From the NCBI RefSeq assembly GCF_018350175.1, contig NC_058368.1:167588001-167652000 (forward strand): 64,000 bases of DNA. The letters run 5' to 3'. Position 1 is the first letter of the stretch. The number at the start of each line of letters is the position of its first letter. This DNA comes from Felis catus (lineage: Eukaryota). The notes below the pieces were generated by a model, which was given only the letters and a program-made list of their open reading frames with translations, was not told where the DNA came from and ran no database searches. Below are positions 26,741 through 38,400 of this stretch, one piece after another. The position numbers were made by a program, and so were the translations under genes.

Positions 26741-27072
26741 ATTCAGAAAGGCTTCCATTTGTAGAGGGGAACTCAAGTACTTCTGTGGCCTAGCAAAGCA
26801 AAAGTGAATCATTCCTACTCGCCTCTGAGTAGCTACCGAGGCATTTAGGGGTTTGGAAAATCTGATTCCAAACAGCCATACGAGGGTCCTCACAGGCCTC
26901 TCAGAAGGTTGAAGAGAGGTGGGCAGAGCCCCAAGTCCAAGCTCTCCTAAATACAACCTGATGCTTGTTCGGTGGTTTCTGCTTTTTTTTTTTTTTTTTT
27001 CCTGTTTTACGTATTAGGTTTCTGCTAATGATTTTTACGAACAACGTGGTTTTTGGTTTAAAAAGAAGCCTG

Positions 27073-27250
27073 AGGGCGCCTGCGTGGCTCATTCGGTTAA
27101 GCAATCGCCTCTTGACTTGGGCTCAGGTCCTGATCTCGAGGTTTGTGAGATCGAGTCCAGCGATGGGCTCTGTGCTGATGGAGCAGAGCCTGCTTGGAAT
27201 TCTCTCTCCCTCTCTCTCCCTCAAAACAAATAAACTAAAAACAAACAAAC
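27073..27250 (+). mobile_element. CanSINE (older, short form)
   Basis: gggcgcctgcgtggctcattcggttaagc head, CT tract and A-rich tail. Confidence 0.92.
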
Positions 27251-30200
27251 AAAAAATAGGTTTGAAAACAACTGCTCAGTCCATGAACCAGTGGAACAAT
27301 TGAGAATGCGAATACAATACAGCACCCCCAAATTCTATCTGGAAATATTAAAATTGCCCTGATTTCTACCACCCTACTACCTAACCACTTATAAAGCAAG
27401 GCTAATTTGAAGAACTTCAGCATTTATCCCTATTCAGTACTATTTATAAAGCAATTCAACAGTGGCTAAGATACACAATAGTGTAGAACAACTATAATAC
27501 ATATGAGAACCCTGTTAATTCATCCACTATAAAGAGTAATTCATCAGAATGACCTTACCTCTTGATATTAGAAACACAGCTTAACAATGACACCTAAAAC
27601 ATGGCTAACACACCTTTTCACCTCACATACCTTCATCAGATCCCCTTCACTCTGAATAAACTACTTTCTGTGCATCCCCCCAAACCTATCTACAAGGTTA
27701 TAGCCAGCATGTGTTTACTCCTGTTGCTATGGATCTCTGTAGTATTCTTCTATTACTTCCCCTCATCTTTATTAGAATCATAACCATCATCCAAAGACTA
27801 AGTTATTCTTCTTATAGGAAGTAGTTCCTTTTACCCCTGAACGGATGTACTTTCTCTCTGTCCATAGCATTCCGCGCTTTATTGTGACATTGTTTGGTTG
27901 TTCATTAGTAGTAGCCTGAGTGAAGCAGAACATTTTGATCACTGCCTTCACAATTAATGAATTTTTCTAATTGTCTTGGCATTTGCCTGCATGTGGTCTT
28001 TAGCACTGACATGTTCACATCAAATATCACAGACGACTAGGCATTTAAGATGAAGGGATGCTTACAATATCAGTCAAAATGAATAACAATTCAAATACGC
28101 TATTGGTTTTACTGTATATTTATTAAAAAACACTTTGCAGTCAGGACACATGAGGATTTCTTTTTAAGGATGTTTACTTTTCCAGCTAGTAAATGTATGG
28201 GGTGGTTTCCACTAAAACATAAGCCAGCCAGCTGTTTGTTTGGGTACTTGAATTGAATGGTAAAAATACAGGCAGCTTTTACTCAAAGTACTCCACTTTA
28301 AACAAGGGAATCTGTTCCATATTTAAATGACTTAATTTTCTCTCCCCCCCCCCCCAAAAAAAAAGGTAAAAAAAAATTTCATATGGTAAGAACAGCTCCT
28401 CTTCGGAACTTCAGAACTTTCATTTCAGATGGCATATGGTTCTCCCTCACCCATCTGATACCCCCGGGGGAGGGGGGTGGGGATGCTGAAGCACTTAGGA
28501 GACCCAAGAGAGTGTGTAATCTGACATGACAGCTGAAGGAGGAAAGGCTGACAGAAGCATGAGAACAGGTATCAGGGAGGGAGGAGGATTATTCTGGAAT
28601 CCAGGTTTACCCCTTATCTTTCTTTCAAGTCCACCAAAATGCGACGTTTCATTTGCCCTTGAGAAGACAGCATCGCTGGCATGAAGGTTTCACTGGGAGA
28701 CGGGATGACGGACCCACCAAGACAAACAGCTTCATGTACCTTAAACTTCTCTGAAACAGCCAGGGCAGAGTTGTTTCTGCACTTCAGTCTCTCAAATTCT
28801 CTGTAACCCAGCATAAGCCCCTGCTGGCTTTGTAGTCGTCTTTCCTTTCCTCTATACGGCGCGCATTTACGAGTTCAGCTGTGGGCCCGCTTAATTTCCC
28901 TCCGCAGGCTTTCTTCTCCTCCTAACACATGCGCACTTGGGCCTGGCTCTGGGGTGCTAAGGAGGAACAATGGGAGGCTTTGAGCAGGCCTCAGCCCCAG
29001 ACCCAGTCAATATTTACTTCAGTTTGGAGCCACAGTTTTAAAGCTCCTTCCAAGCAGAACTCAACAGTGGGGGGTCTCCGGAGGTTTCTAGATTTTATTT
29101 TAACACGGGGGAGAGAGGGGGCAGTGGAGTTGGTAGAGAGAAAGAGTAAATAGATTATTATCCAAACCACTTTCTCAGAGAAAATAAGGGATGCAGTTCA
29201 ACGAAACAGGTTAAACTTTCAATACTAATTAGCAATTTATAACAAGAAAAACCAATCGTCTTCCGACACTGATGACTGCAGTCTTAAAAGTGCAAATCCA
29301 CTTAACGTGGCCCCTGGATGTCTTGCCAGCACAGGTCTGATCCTATCAAGCACCCAAGCTTGCCAATGTGTGCCTGCTCTGCCTGGAACGGCAATGCAAG
29401 GACCGTAGATAACGGTTAGTCCGCACTCCTTGACCGACTTCCAAAGCAGATCTTATGTATACTACCAATGCGAGCGTGTTCTCAAATGAAGCTGTGGTTA
29501 TCAAACACTGTGAACTAAGAGTATGGTACGGTAGATACCATATGGTATTTCCATATAATAACTGCTGTCTGGGCAGTATCGGGAAGGCTGGTCTATGGCT
29601 TTGAAAAGATAAGTGGAAAAACAAGTCACTTTCCCCCTAGTGAAAGTGGCTTACTCCAGGATGGCAAGCAGGAGACGGGCAGGAAAGGTGGAGGGTTGGC
29701 TGTAATACTACATCAGACTCAACGGAATTTGCCTATGGATTTACACTGCCTTTTGTTGAGATAAACGTAGAGACACTCACTTAATTAAAAATAAAACTAT
29801 TTAACTGTAAATAGTTTTATATTTGCCTAGTTGGCTTAATTAAAAAAAAAAAGTCAATTGTAGTAAAACTAACCGGAAGTGACATTTGGGAAATTTTACT
29901 AAAACGATTAAGGCCATGTAAAATACTAAAAATTCCAGTTAGATACCTGAGGAAAGAAATTCATAGTCGTCTACTGTAACCAATTATAAAGCTCATTATT
30001 CCATTCAAATAAAAAAGTCATCACCCTCGTCTATATACTGAACATGTAAAATACATTGACATAATTTGGTATTTCACAAAAAGAATAAAGAGAATTCAAA
30101 CCACCCCTCCTCCAAAAAGTATGAGGTAACACATTAGGTATACTAGGATTGTCTTGTTCAATTATGTTTGTCTAAATTCATCAAATGTATTGGAATATGT

Positions 30201-33200
30201 TCAGCTCTAATCTTTACTACCTTATTTACTGTATTAATAAAAGCTAAATAATAAAATGCAACTCAATCCAATCATTTCAACATCTTAAGAAATTACTGGA
30301 TTGCCATACACTCAATTTGATCAATCAATATGCACTCCTGGAAAGAATATACCGAGTCAGCCTAGCTGAGACGAAGTCACTAGCCGATATTTTTGAACCA
30401 GTTTATAAGAGTATAAGGAATTATTTTTTCAATGCAAAGCGTCAATAAGTAAGTCATCAAAATTTAAACTTCATAAGTACCCTTTTGCCAAGGAAGGAAG
30501 CCTGAACAAGGGAGGGATTGTAACCATCAATCATTAATCAGAAGCTGAATCCAAGGAACATAAAATTACAACATTTTACACTTGAAATAAACACATAGAA
30601 AGCTCATTCCCTTGATAAATCGTAACTTCTAACTTAGTAGGACAAAAGAAATCGTACAATGAAATGAAATGATACAAAAGTAACAAAGGTCAGTCTAGCA
30701 TTCTGGTGAGCTCAGCAATTCTAAATATTAGAAAACTGTATTTTTAAGGAAAATCAGTTATGCACAGTTATCAGTGCTCTTTCAGATAATTTTTTATTCA
30801 ATATTTTTACTTTTATTGCTACTTACCAAGTGCTGCCCTCAGTTGTCACTAAATTTCTGGGCACAGCATATAGGATCATTGATAATTTTCTTTATAAATT
30901 ACTATTTTGTTTTTTCGGCATAAGTGAGGTTTATACCTTCAGGAGTAAAACATCATTATAAAATAATCGTGTAAGTATATGATTGCAATTTTAAAACAAG
31001 TAACAGGCACATTTGCTATTCTCCTAAATAACTATAAACATATGAAGTAAAACCTGCTTTGAATAACCACCAGACAATGCTACAGAAAAGTGGCCCTTTG
31101 ACAGTAATGGGTTACTCAGGTTTCAATGCGTTAAAATATGTGTCCCTTGACAAATTCTGTTTCCTTTCTCAGCTAGATGTTGTTATGATCTATTTATGTT
31201 CCTAACATCATTGTGTGTATAATTAATATGTACTAAGTTTAAAAGCAGTCGATAACAGAAGTTTTTTAAGCACAGAGGCGTCAAGAGGCTAAACCCTGTT
31301 CTTCTGGCAGCAGGATTCAGAAGAATCCAAGGATCCCAGGGACAGCCGGGCTGCCTGTAAGGAACAGCCCCAGACAGGAATTGATTTGTTTCAACAAGCT
31401 CCTCATTGGCAATACAGGCATTCTCCAAGAGGGTGTCGGTATTCATTAATTTCTCCTTTGAGATGGAGATATCTCATTATACCTGTGAAGTCCAAAGCAG
31501 AATATTAGGGTTTTAAAAGGCAAGAGGAAGCAACATGGAAGAGACAGAGAGGAGACGAGTGGGCATTAAAAATAAACTTGACCAATGTTACGGAGGAGAT
31601 CCAAAATTCCCTTCTGGGAAGAAGGGCCTGGCAGACATGCCTCTAGCCTGTCACTATTTGCATCTTATTACTCTTGTAGAAATCACAAGATGAAGCCTAA
31701 AACATAAGATACAACTCACAACTCAAACTATCTTTTAAAAAGTCAACTCCTCCATGATGCTCTGAAAATAAGTTTTCATTTGTATTTTCTACACCACTTA
31801 TGAGAACATAGAGCATTAAAATGATGCACCAGTACAAACTTAAGTGGTCTCCTCATTCTCTGTTCTTTTTAGAACTCCGTTTTCAAAGTCCCTTCACAGA
31901 TATTCTTTCCCTTAAATTTTCACAAGTCTGAGGAAGACATTATTTTTATTATGCCCGTTTCTTTCCTAGAGTGAAGGAATTGAGGCCCAGCTTCATCACT
32001 ACAAATGGCGTACATATGAATCCACTAGAGCCAAAATTTAATTTAACAAGATCTGAAACAAAACCCAAAAAAATATTAACAAAGACAACTGAAGGATCAT
32101 CGGCTGGTAGGTTTTTAAATACCTCACTCTCTGAGCCCTTCCCTATACAACACCACCCAAACCCATTTAAAGCTGTATCCAAAAGAGCTGCTATGATAAA
32201 AACTCAAAACAAAAGGACATGAATTCATCGCTTTTACTTTAGGCAGTCAAAATGTAAATATATCAGTGTTCCTAAGAACTTGATTACAACCTATTAATCT
32301 GATGACAAATCACTGTTAGTAACTCTGAGTTAAAAAAAAAAAACTCTTCAATGTAATTTATTTTCCTTTTCTATGAAAGGTAAGAACAGTAATTAGAACT
32401 ACTCAGCATCTTCTACCTCACCCGAGCACAGCCACGACCTAAATCTTAAGGGTATCGACTCATTTTGAACAAAACCACTCTTCAGGGGTATGCGAATGAC
32501 TTCATTTCAACCGGGGAAGATACCCTATTTCCAAATGTAATCATCTTCCAGGCACATAGCATGCTTCATTTTTAGGAAACACACAAGTTCATACATGGTC
32601 ACAGAAGATTCTCAGATTCCTATATGTATGAGAATCATAAAACTAGTAACTAAACAGATGTCACCTCAAAGTCATTGTCTTGGAAGGCTTACTTATATTA
32701 CACCATGGTGAGCAAAAGCATAAAACTATGAAAAACAAAACCATAATGTCTGTATTTACTATTCTTCATAAGAGTCATAGTTCTTATAAAATGCTACTCA
32801 ACAATTAAATTCAGTTTATCAAGGATTTAAAAATGATTTGCTTCTATTTGACAAATAACTTAAAAATGTTGGTAAAAATTGTTACAAAAGTAAAAGGATA
32901 CTTGAATTAAGAGTGTTTGCCATCCTCTCCCTCTTTTTGGGGGGGTTTGTTTTTATTGAAATATAGTTGATTTACAGTACAAACAGTTCCATCTTTCTTT
33001 TTATCGTTCCATAGAGGTATATTTCAGTTAAGTCAGTTTACTCGCTGGTGCTTTCAAAGACTTTAAAGTTCACCTAGGAGATTAGTAATATTGTATTTAC
33101 ACACAGAGTGAAGAACAAAAAAAGATAAGCAGGCAGAGTAATCTGAATTTAACTAGTTCCATCCTTTATTTGTTAATATAAGCATCACATGATATTTGTT

Positions 33201-33922
33201 TTGCAAATCAAATGATATATATACTTTGAAAAAAGTGGAAGCATGCTTACAGACTACCTGGACTGCAGAGGAACAAAGATTTCTCACAAAGGACACTAGC
33301 ATGAGAGAATTTTTGGGTGGGGAGGAATTTTCCTCCAAGTCTTTTATAACTCCATTGGAAGTATGGGCTCCTGAAAGCCACCCACAACAAACCCAGCCAG
33401 TGGAAGCAGAGATACTATTAGTCATCGTCTATGCTGAATGTAAAATGAACATTTTGGGTTCACTTAAGCATACCAATTTAAATTGGAAAGTGTTAAAAAT
33501 CTGTTTCTGAGGTGTAATCTGGCATTGCCACATAAAATACATCTGGGGAGGGTTTGCAAATAAATATCCTTAGACGTTTATGACAGGATCCTCCTAAAAC
33601 TTTTTGGATCAAGGCAGTATTTTCACTCCAGTAGAATCTGTCTAAGCCAAACTTTCAACAAAATCTTTGGCCTATTACTTTTGTCAGTGGTGGATTCTTA
33701 ATGCTGCATAAACCTCAATATAAAAAACTATTTTATTTGAGATTTGGGAGAAAGTGGCTAAAAATGAAGACTACTAGGCCTTAAGACATATAACTTTCAC
33801 TTACGCAAATTCTAAGCCATTTGAAAAATTACAGAGCTATCTAGGAAGTTCAGGGCAAGTACAACCAAGAGACTCTGATGTGGAGCCATAAGTAATCTCT
33901 CTCCCCACTCACTTATCTAGAA

Positions 33923-34087
33923 CCTTCCTGCCCAAACTGTGGTGCACAGGCTGAATGCATCATAACACCTGGAGCTTGCTAGAAATGCAGACTATTGGGG
34001 CCTGCCCCAAATCTACTGAATCAAAATCTGTATTTCAACAAGACCTCCAGAGAGGATCTGCATGCAATTAGAGTGTGAGAAGCAGTG
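33923..34087. mobile_element. MER5A1-like hAT-Charlie MITE with perfect 8-bp TSD
   Basis: 'cacctggagcttgctagaaatgcagac..aatctactgaatcaaaatctgtatttcaacaag..tgagaagcagtg'. TSD ATCTAGAA at 33915-33922 and 34088-34095 fits the hAT NTCTAGAN target. Confidence 0.88.
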
Positions 34088-34109
34088 ATCTAGAAATTGC
34101 TGATGGAAT

Positions 34110-34385
34110 ACTCATGCAGGGAGGCTGTTCACACTGTTTACTGTGGTATCTCCAGTACAAGAACAATACCTGGCCTACAGTGGACACTCAATAAATATTT
34201 GCTTAGTAAATCCATATGTGAACACTTTTTATAGTACTTTCTACTCTGTACTGCGGTCTTAAATATAAAATTGTAACTGCACAAAACTTGCAAGTTCCCT
34301 CAGGGTATAGATGCTGTCTTCATTTCTGAAGCTGCTGTGTGCCTCCCAGTGCATGCACATATCACTCAATAAATATTTTATCAAT
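34110..34385 (+). mobile_element. L2 3'-end fragments
   Basis: Two 'cactcaataaatattt' L2 termini preceded by 'ctgttcacactgtttactgtggtatctccag'-like sequence. Confidence 0.65.
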
Positions 34386-34949
34386 TATAGCTTTCAGATA
34401 TTCAATACAGGAATATGTTATTACTGTTAGATATTATTTTGCTTTAACACAAAGCTTTGGAAAAAATAAGTTAAAATCAATATGTAATTCCTAAATTCAC
34501 CCATTTGGCTTTGATTTTAAATACACTACAGAGAATTCACCCAAGGAACCAAAATAGTAATGGAAAACATTATATATGGCCAACTCCTAATTCCACATGG
34601 TACCAGAGAGCAGGGATGGCACGGATGGTTGAAATCCAAAATTGATTCCAAAACCTCATGTTATATAATAGCCTCAAAGTCTTTTCTTACCAAATCTCAC
34701 ACCAAAGCTGCTGTAAGTTTCAGAAATGTCATTTTTTTAGTTTTAGTTTCCTTCTCGATTCCACGTACCAATAGGACAGGCCCAGAAATAGTGAAATGGC
34801 CAAAGCCATCAAAAGGGAAAGACTGTGACAGAGAGATCTACATAATAAACAAAGTGATGAGTCCTCAAATAACCAGATATCAACACAAAAATCTAGAGCT
34901 ATCTGTACCATTTGTAAAAGAGGTAACTGTAAGAAATAATCAGATATAC

Positions 34950-35180
34950 GGGGCGCCTGGGTGGCGCAGTCGGTTAAGCGTCCGACTTCAGCCAGGTCAC
35001 GATCTCGCGGTCCCGGAGTTCGAGCCCCGCGTCAGGCTCTGGGCTGATGGCTCGGAGCCTGGAGCATGTTTCCGATTCTGTGTCTCCCTCTCTCTCTGCC
35101 CCTCCCCCGTTCATGCTCTGTCTCTCTCTGTCCCAAAAATAAATAAACGTTGAAAAAAAAAATTAAAAAAAAAAAAAAGA
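34950..35180 (+). mobile_element. Very young feline SINE (SINEC_Fc-type), CpGs intact, perfect 17-bp TSD
   Basis: ggggcgcctgggtggcgcagtcggttaagcgtccgacttcagccaggtcacgatctcgcgg..gagttcgagccccgcgtcagg. TSD AAGAAATAATCAGATAT at 34931-34947 and 35181-35197. Confidence 0.98.
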
Positions 35181-35386
35181 AAGAAATAATCAGATATGTT
35201 AATAGCATAGATGTATCACTAGCAAGACCATTCCAAAATAAAACTCAAAATAATGAGATATTCAGAGTCAAAATTATTGCTGGTTCTCTCAGTCCATATA
35301 ATAAAAGTCAGGATACTAAAGGAAGGACTCCCTTCCCAATAAAGAATGCTTTGTTTCTCTTCAATTAGCCGAATTAGATTGTCCTT

Positions 35387-35420
<34 letters not shown>

Positions 35421-38400
35421 GGCTTCAGAGAAGCCAGAGTTTCAAGTTAAGTCACCAGATATGTGACTGACCCCATACATATTATACTCACATGGAATAT
35501 CCTATATGTATAGGCACCCCTCCCAACACACACACTCTGTCATGTTTTTGTTTTCCCAAGAGTATAGTTGACAATGGTGATAGCAGAGTGTGTAATTAGT
35601 TTTCATTGTTCCCCTGACAGCTATAGTTCCATACAAGACCCTTTCCTTTTTATGTTGTAAATGCTATGGAAAAAATACACTAATAACAGGCATTTAATTA
35701 TGGGTCCAGCAACCATAGTGGGCACATTGCCAAAAGAGAAGGGAACCTCTGAGACAGCAAAAACATATATTTGCAGGGGAGGAAAAAAAACAACATATAT
35801 TTGTTCTTCAGTTGCATTCACGTGCAAAATAGTGATGACAGGCACATGATGGAAAATTTTTAAATTGTTCCCTGAGTCTCTATCAACAGTAAATATAAAA
35901 TGATATACCAATACTAAAACCAAGAATACTACCATATCTATACTAAAATATTAATAAGAATAAAAGCATTGCTTATTAATAAAGGAAATACTCTTCAGAA
36001 TAGCTTTGTTTTGATACTATCAGTAAAGAGTACAGGATTCAGTTTCAAATTTTGCTTTTTGCTTTGCTTTTAACAGAATTATATTAGCACTTGTGAAATC
36101 AAATATCTGGGTGCTCCATTCCTTGAGGCTTACTTTAATTTGTTCTATACAGTATTTAAGATAAAGCATCCCCCCAGTTGCTGTCATGGCGGACACCAGA
36201 TCTGTCACTGAGGTCCTTTCTCGCCTGATTAATTAGTAATTGGGAGACACATTTTGGCAGCTTTCATTTCCCTATTATTTTCTCCAGTTTGACACAAAAC
36301 CCTGTCAGAAGCACCACTATTTGAACTGTACCCCTCTTAGTGCTGGGTCACTAAATTTTAATAAATGGAGCCCCCGCCAGAAAACTACTGAAATAGGCAT
36401 AAAAGTTTATTGAGGCAGTAAGAGTAAACAAATATATGAAGAAACACTGAATGCCACAGTATCTAAAACATTAATGGTCTGTCTGAACCCAAGGGTTACT
36501 GGCAAGATTACAGAACAGAAACTAAAAGAAAAGGCCTTTAATAAACCCACCCTTTCATCTGTCTTTAAAATACATATATTAGTTAAATTAAGCAGACCAA
36601 CACTTTGGTGCTACGGAGCCATACATATGAGCCTCCTCTGTTATCCCAGCCGGACGAATAAATTTATTGGGAGGCAAAGGCTGACAGTGGCTACAGGAAT
36701 ACAGAACCCATCCAGAAGTCACAAAAGCTCTGTCTGAGCCAAACAAAGAAACATTTTTCAAAAAAGGTAAGGGAAGGAACTTAAAACTGAAGCTAAAAAG
36801 ACTGATACTTCAGAGACCTGCAAATAGCTACAGAATCAGTCTCAGGTTCTCCATCTCAAAGTGTCAGTCACTTCAAAACAGCATCCTGCTACCACGGTGG
36901 CTCAGGACACTTGTGTGCCATGGCAGTGGCCATGCTGTGTGGGTCAGAGGTCACAGCTTCCACATTCCGACATCTGTCTGTATTTTCTTGCCCTGAAACA
37001 ATAGAAGGGGAACCAGGCTCATTTGCTCTCACTTTGTTTAACCTAATTGTTAAACAAAAAGGAACATTTCCCCATATTTAGAATTAGTTTTCCTTTTCTT
37101 TCCATCCCCATTTGTTTCCATAAAATTAGATACTATAAAAACTTAACCGAGAGGTTAAGCCCCCTATACATTCTTACAGTTCAGTAAATACGACAAAGTC
37201 ATATATCCCACTGGTCTCTATGGAACATGAAACATCAAGTGTCATGTCTACCACCATCAAAATCTAGATCACAACTCGCATTATAATTATCCAACCAAAA
37301 TAAGCCTGGACTTGATTTTATTCAAACCACAAAATTGCATCTTAACATGACAAAATACACTCCTTATATGTATTTTCACAATAAGAAGCAAGAGCTAAAT
37401 GTTAACTGTACTCTCTACATAAATAAATAAGTCACTAATAAGACTCAGAATGAACACTCTGACAGCTTAGAAGCAACAAGAAAAAACAAAAATATTTGTT
37501 AGTCCATTTAAAACAAAAAGGTCACTTTCGACACTCAGTTATTCTAGTCTTCTCCATCAGCCAAAAAACAACAACAAAAAATGGATGATGGATATCAGAG
37601 GAAAGTTTTTCAGTACAAAAACTGTCAACTTATACCTGGACTTCAATAAGAAGTCCATGAGATGTATACCCGTTCTTAAAACATGCATTTTATTTATTGC
37701 CTTTATATTGCATCTGCAATCACCAAAAATCCTACTTCTAATGAACTGAGGCAATCTGTGACATAAGTAGTTTTCAATCTGTGCCCAGTTTAATCAGACT
37801 GACTGAGTCAGGTTACTTTGAAATTAATCTTAAGGAAGTTCTGTTTTTACTGCAGTTCATGGGAATAATGTTCCCAGACATCATCAAACAGATGCAGTAG
37901 CAAGAAGTTTAGTATAAATTTTTGGTAAACTTTACTAGGCCACATGTTCTTCCAAATGTATCCAAAAATACAAAACGTGGTGGAAAATACAGCAGACTCG
38001 GTTGATACATTCTCACATTTTAATAACAAATATGAGTTTACTTCCAATATAATTTTCTATGAGAACCCATAAGAATGGTTTAGAAATGAGAGAGTGAACA
38101 CCTATATTTCAGGGACAAAAAGGCTCTGATTTCATATAATGTTTCTGAAAGCACCCCAAATGTTTCATTTTTAAAGATACCTACATTTTTATCAGTACCT
38201 CTTACTAGAGAAAGATTCTTGGTACCGCTGAACATTTGGGGGAAAAAAATGTTGGCTGACATAAAAAGGACTACTTGGAATAATTAAAAAAATAAAATAA
38301 AATAAGGAAATCAGGATGGGGAGGGTGACCATAGAGGTTATTAATATATTTCTTTGAAATTAACAATAAAGTATAAGCTTCAAGAGAAAAATACATATGT

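Noticed and set aside
19885..31500. Other AG|GT ratchet-like sites on minus (~19895 CCAG|GTAATT, ~29947 TCAG|GTATCT, ~31482 ACAG|GTATAA)
   Set aside because: Short or interrupted pyrimidine tracts or weak donors; expected by chance in 46 kb.
34560..35153. 197-aa ATG-initiated plus-strand ORF
   Set aside because: The C-terminal third is simply the translated young SINE (GAPGWRSRLSVRLQPGHDL...). The rest has no recognisable domain, and the ORF is antisense within an intron.
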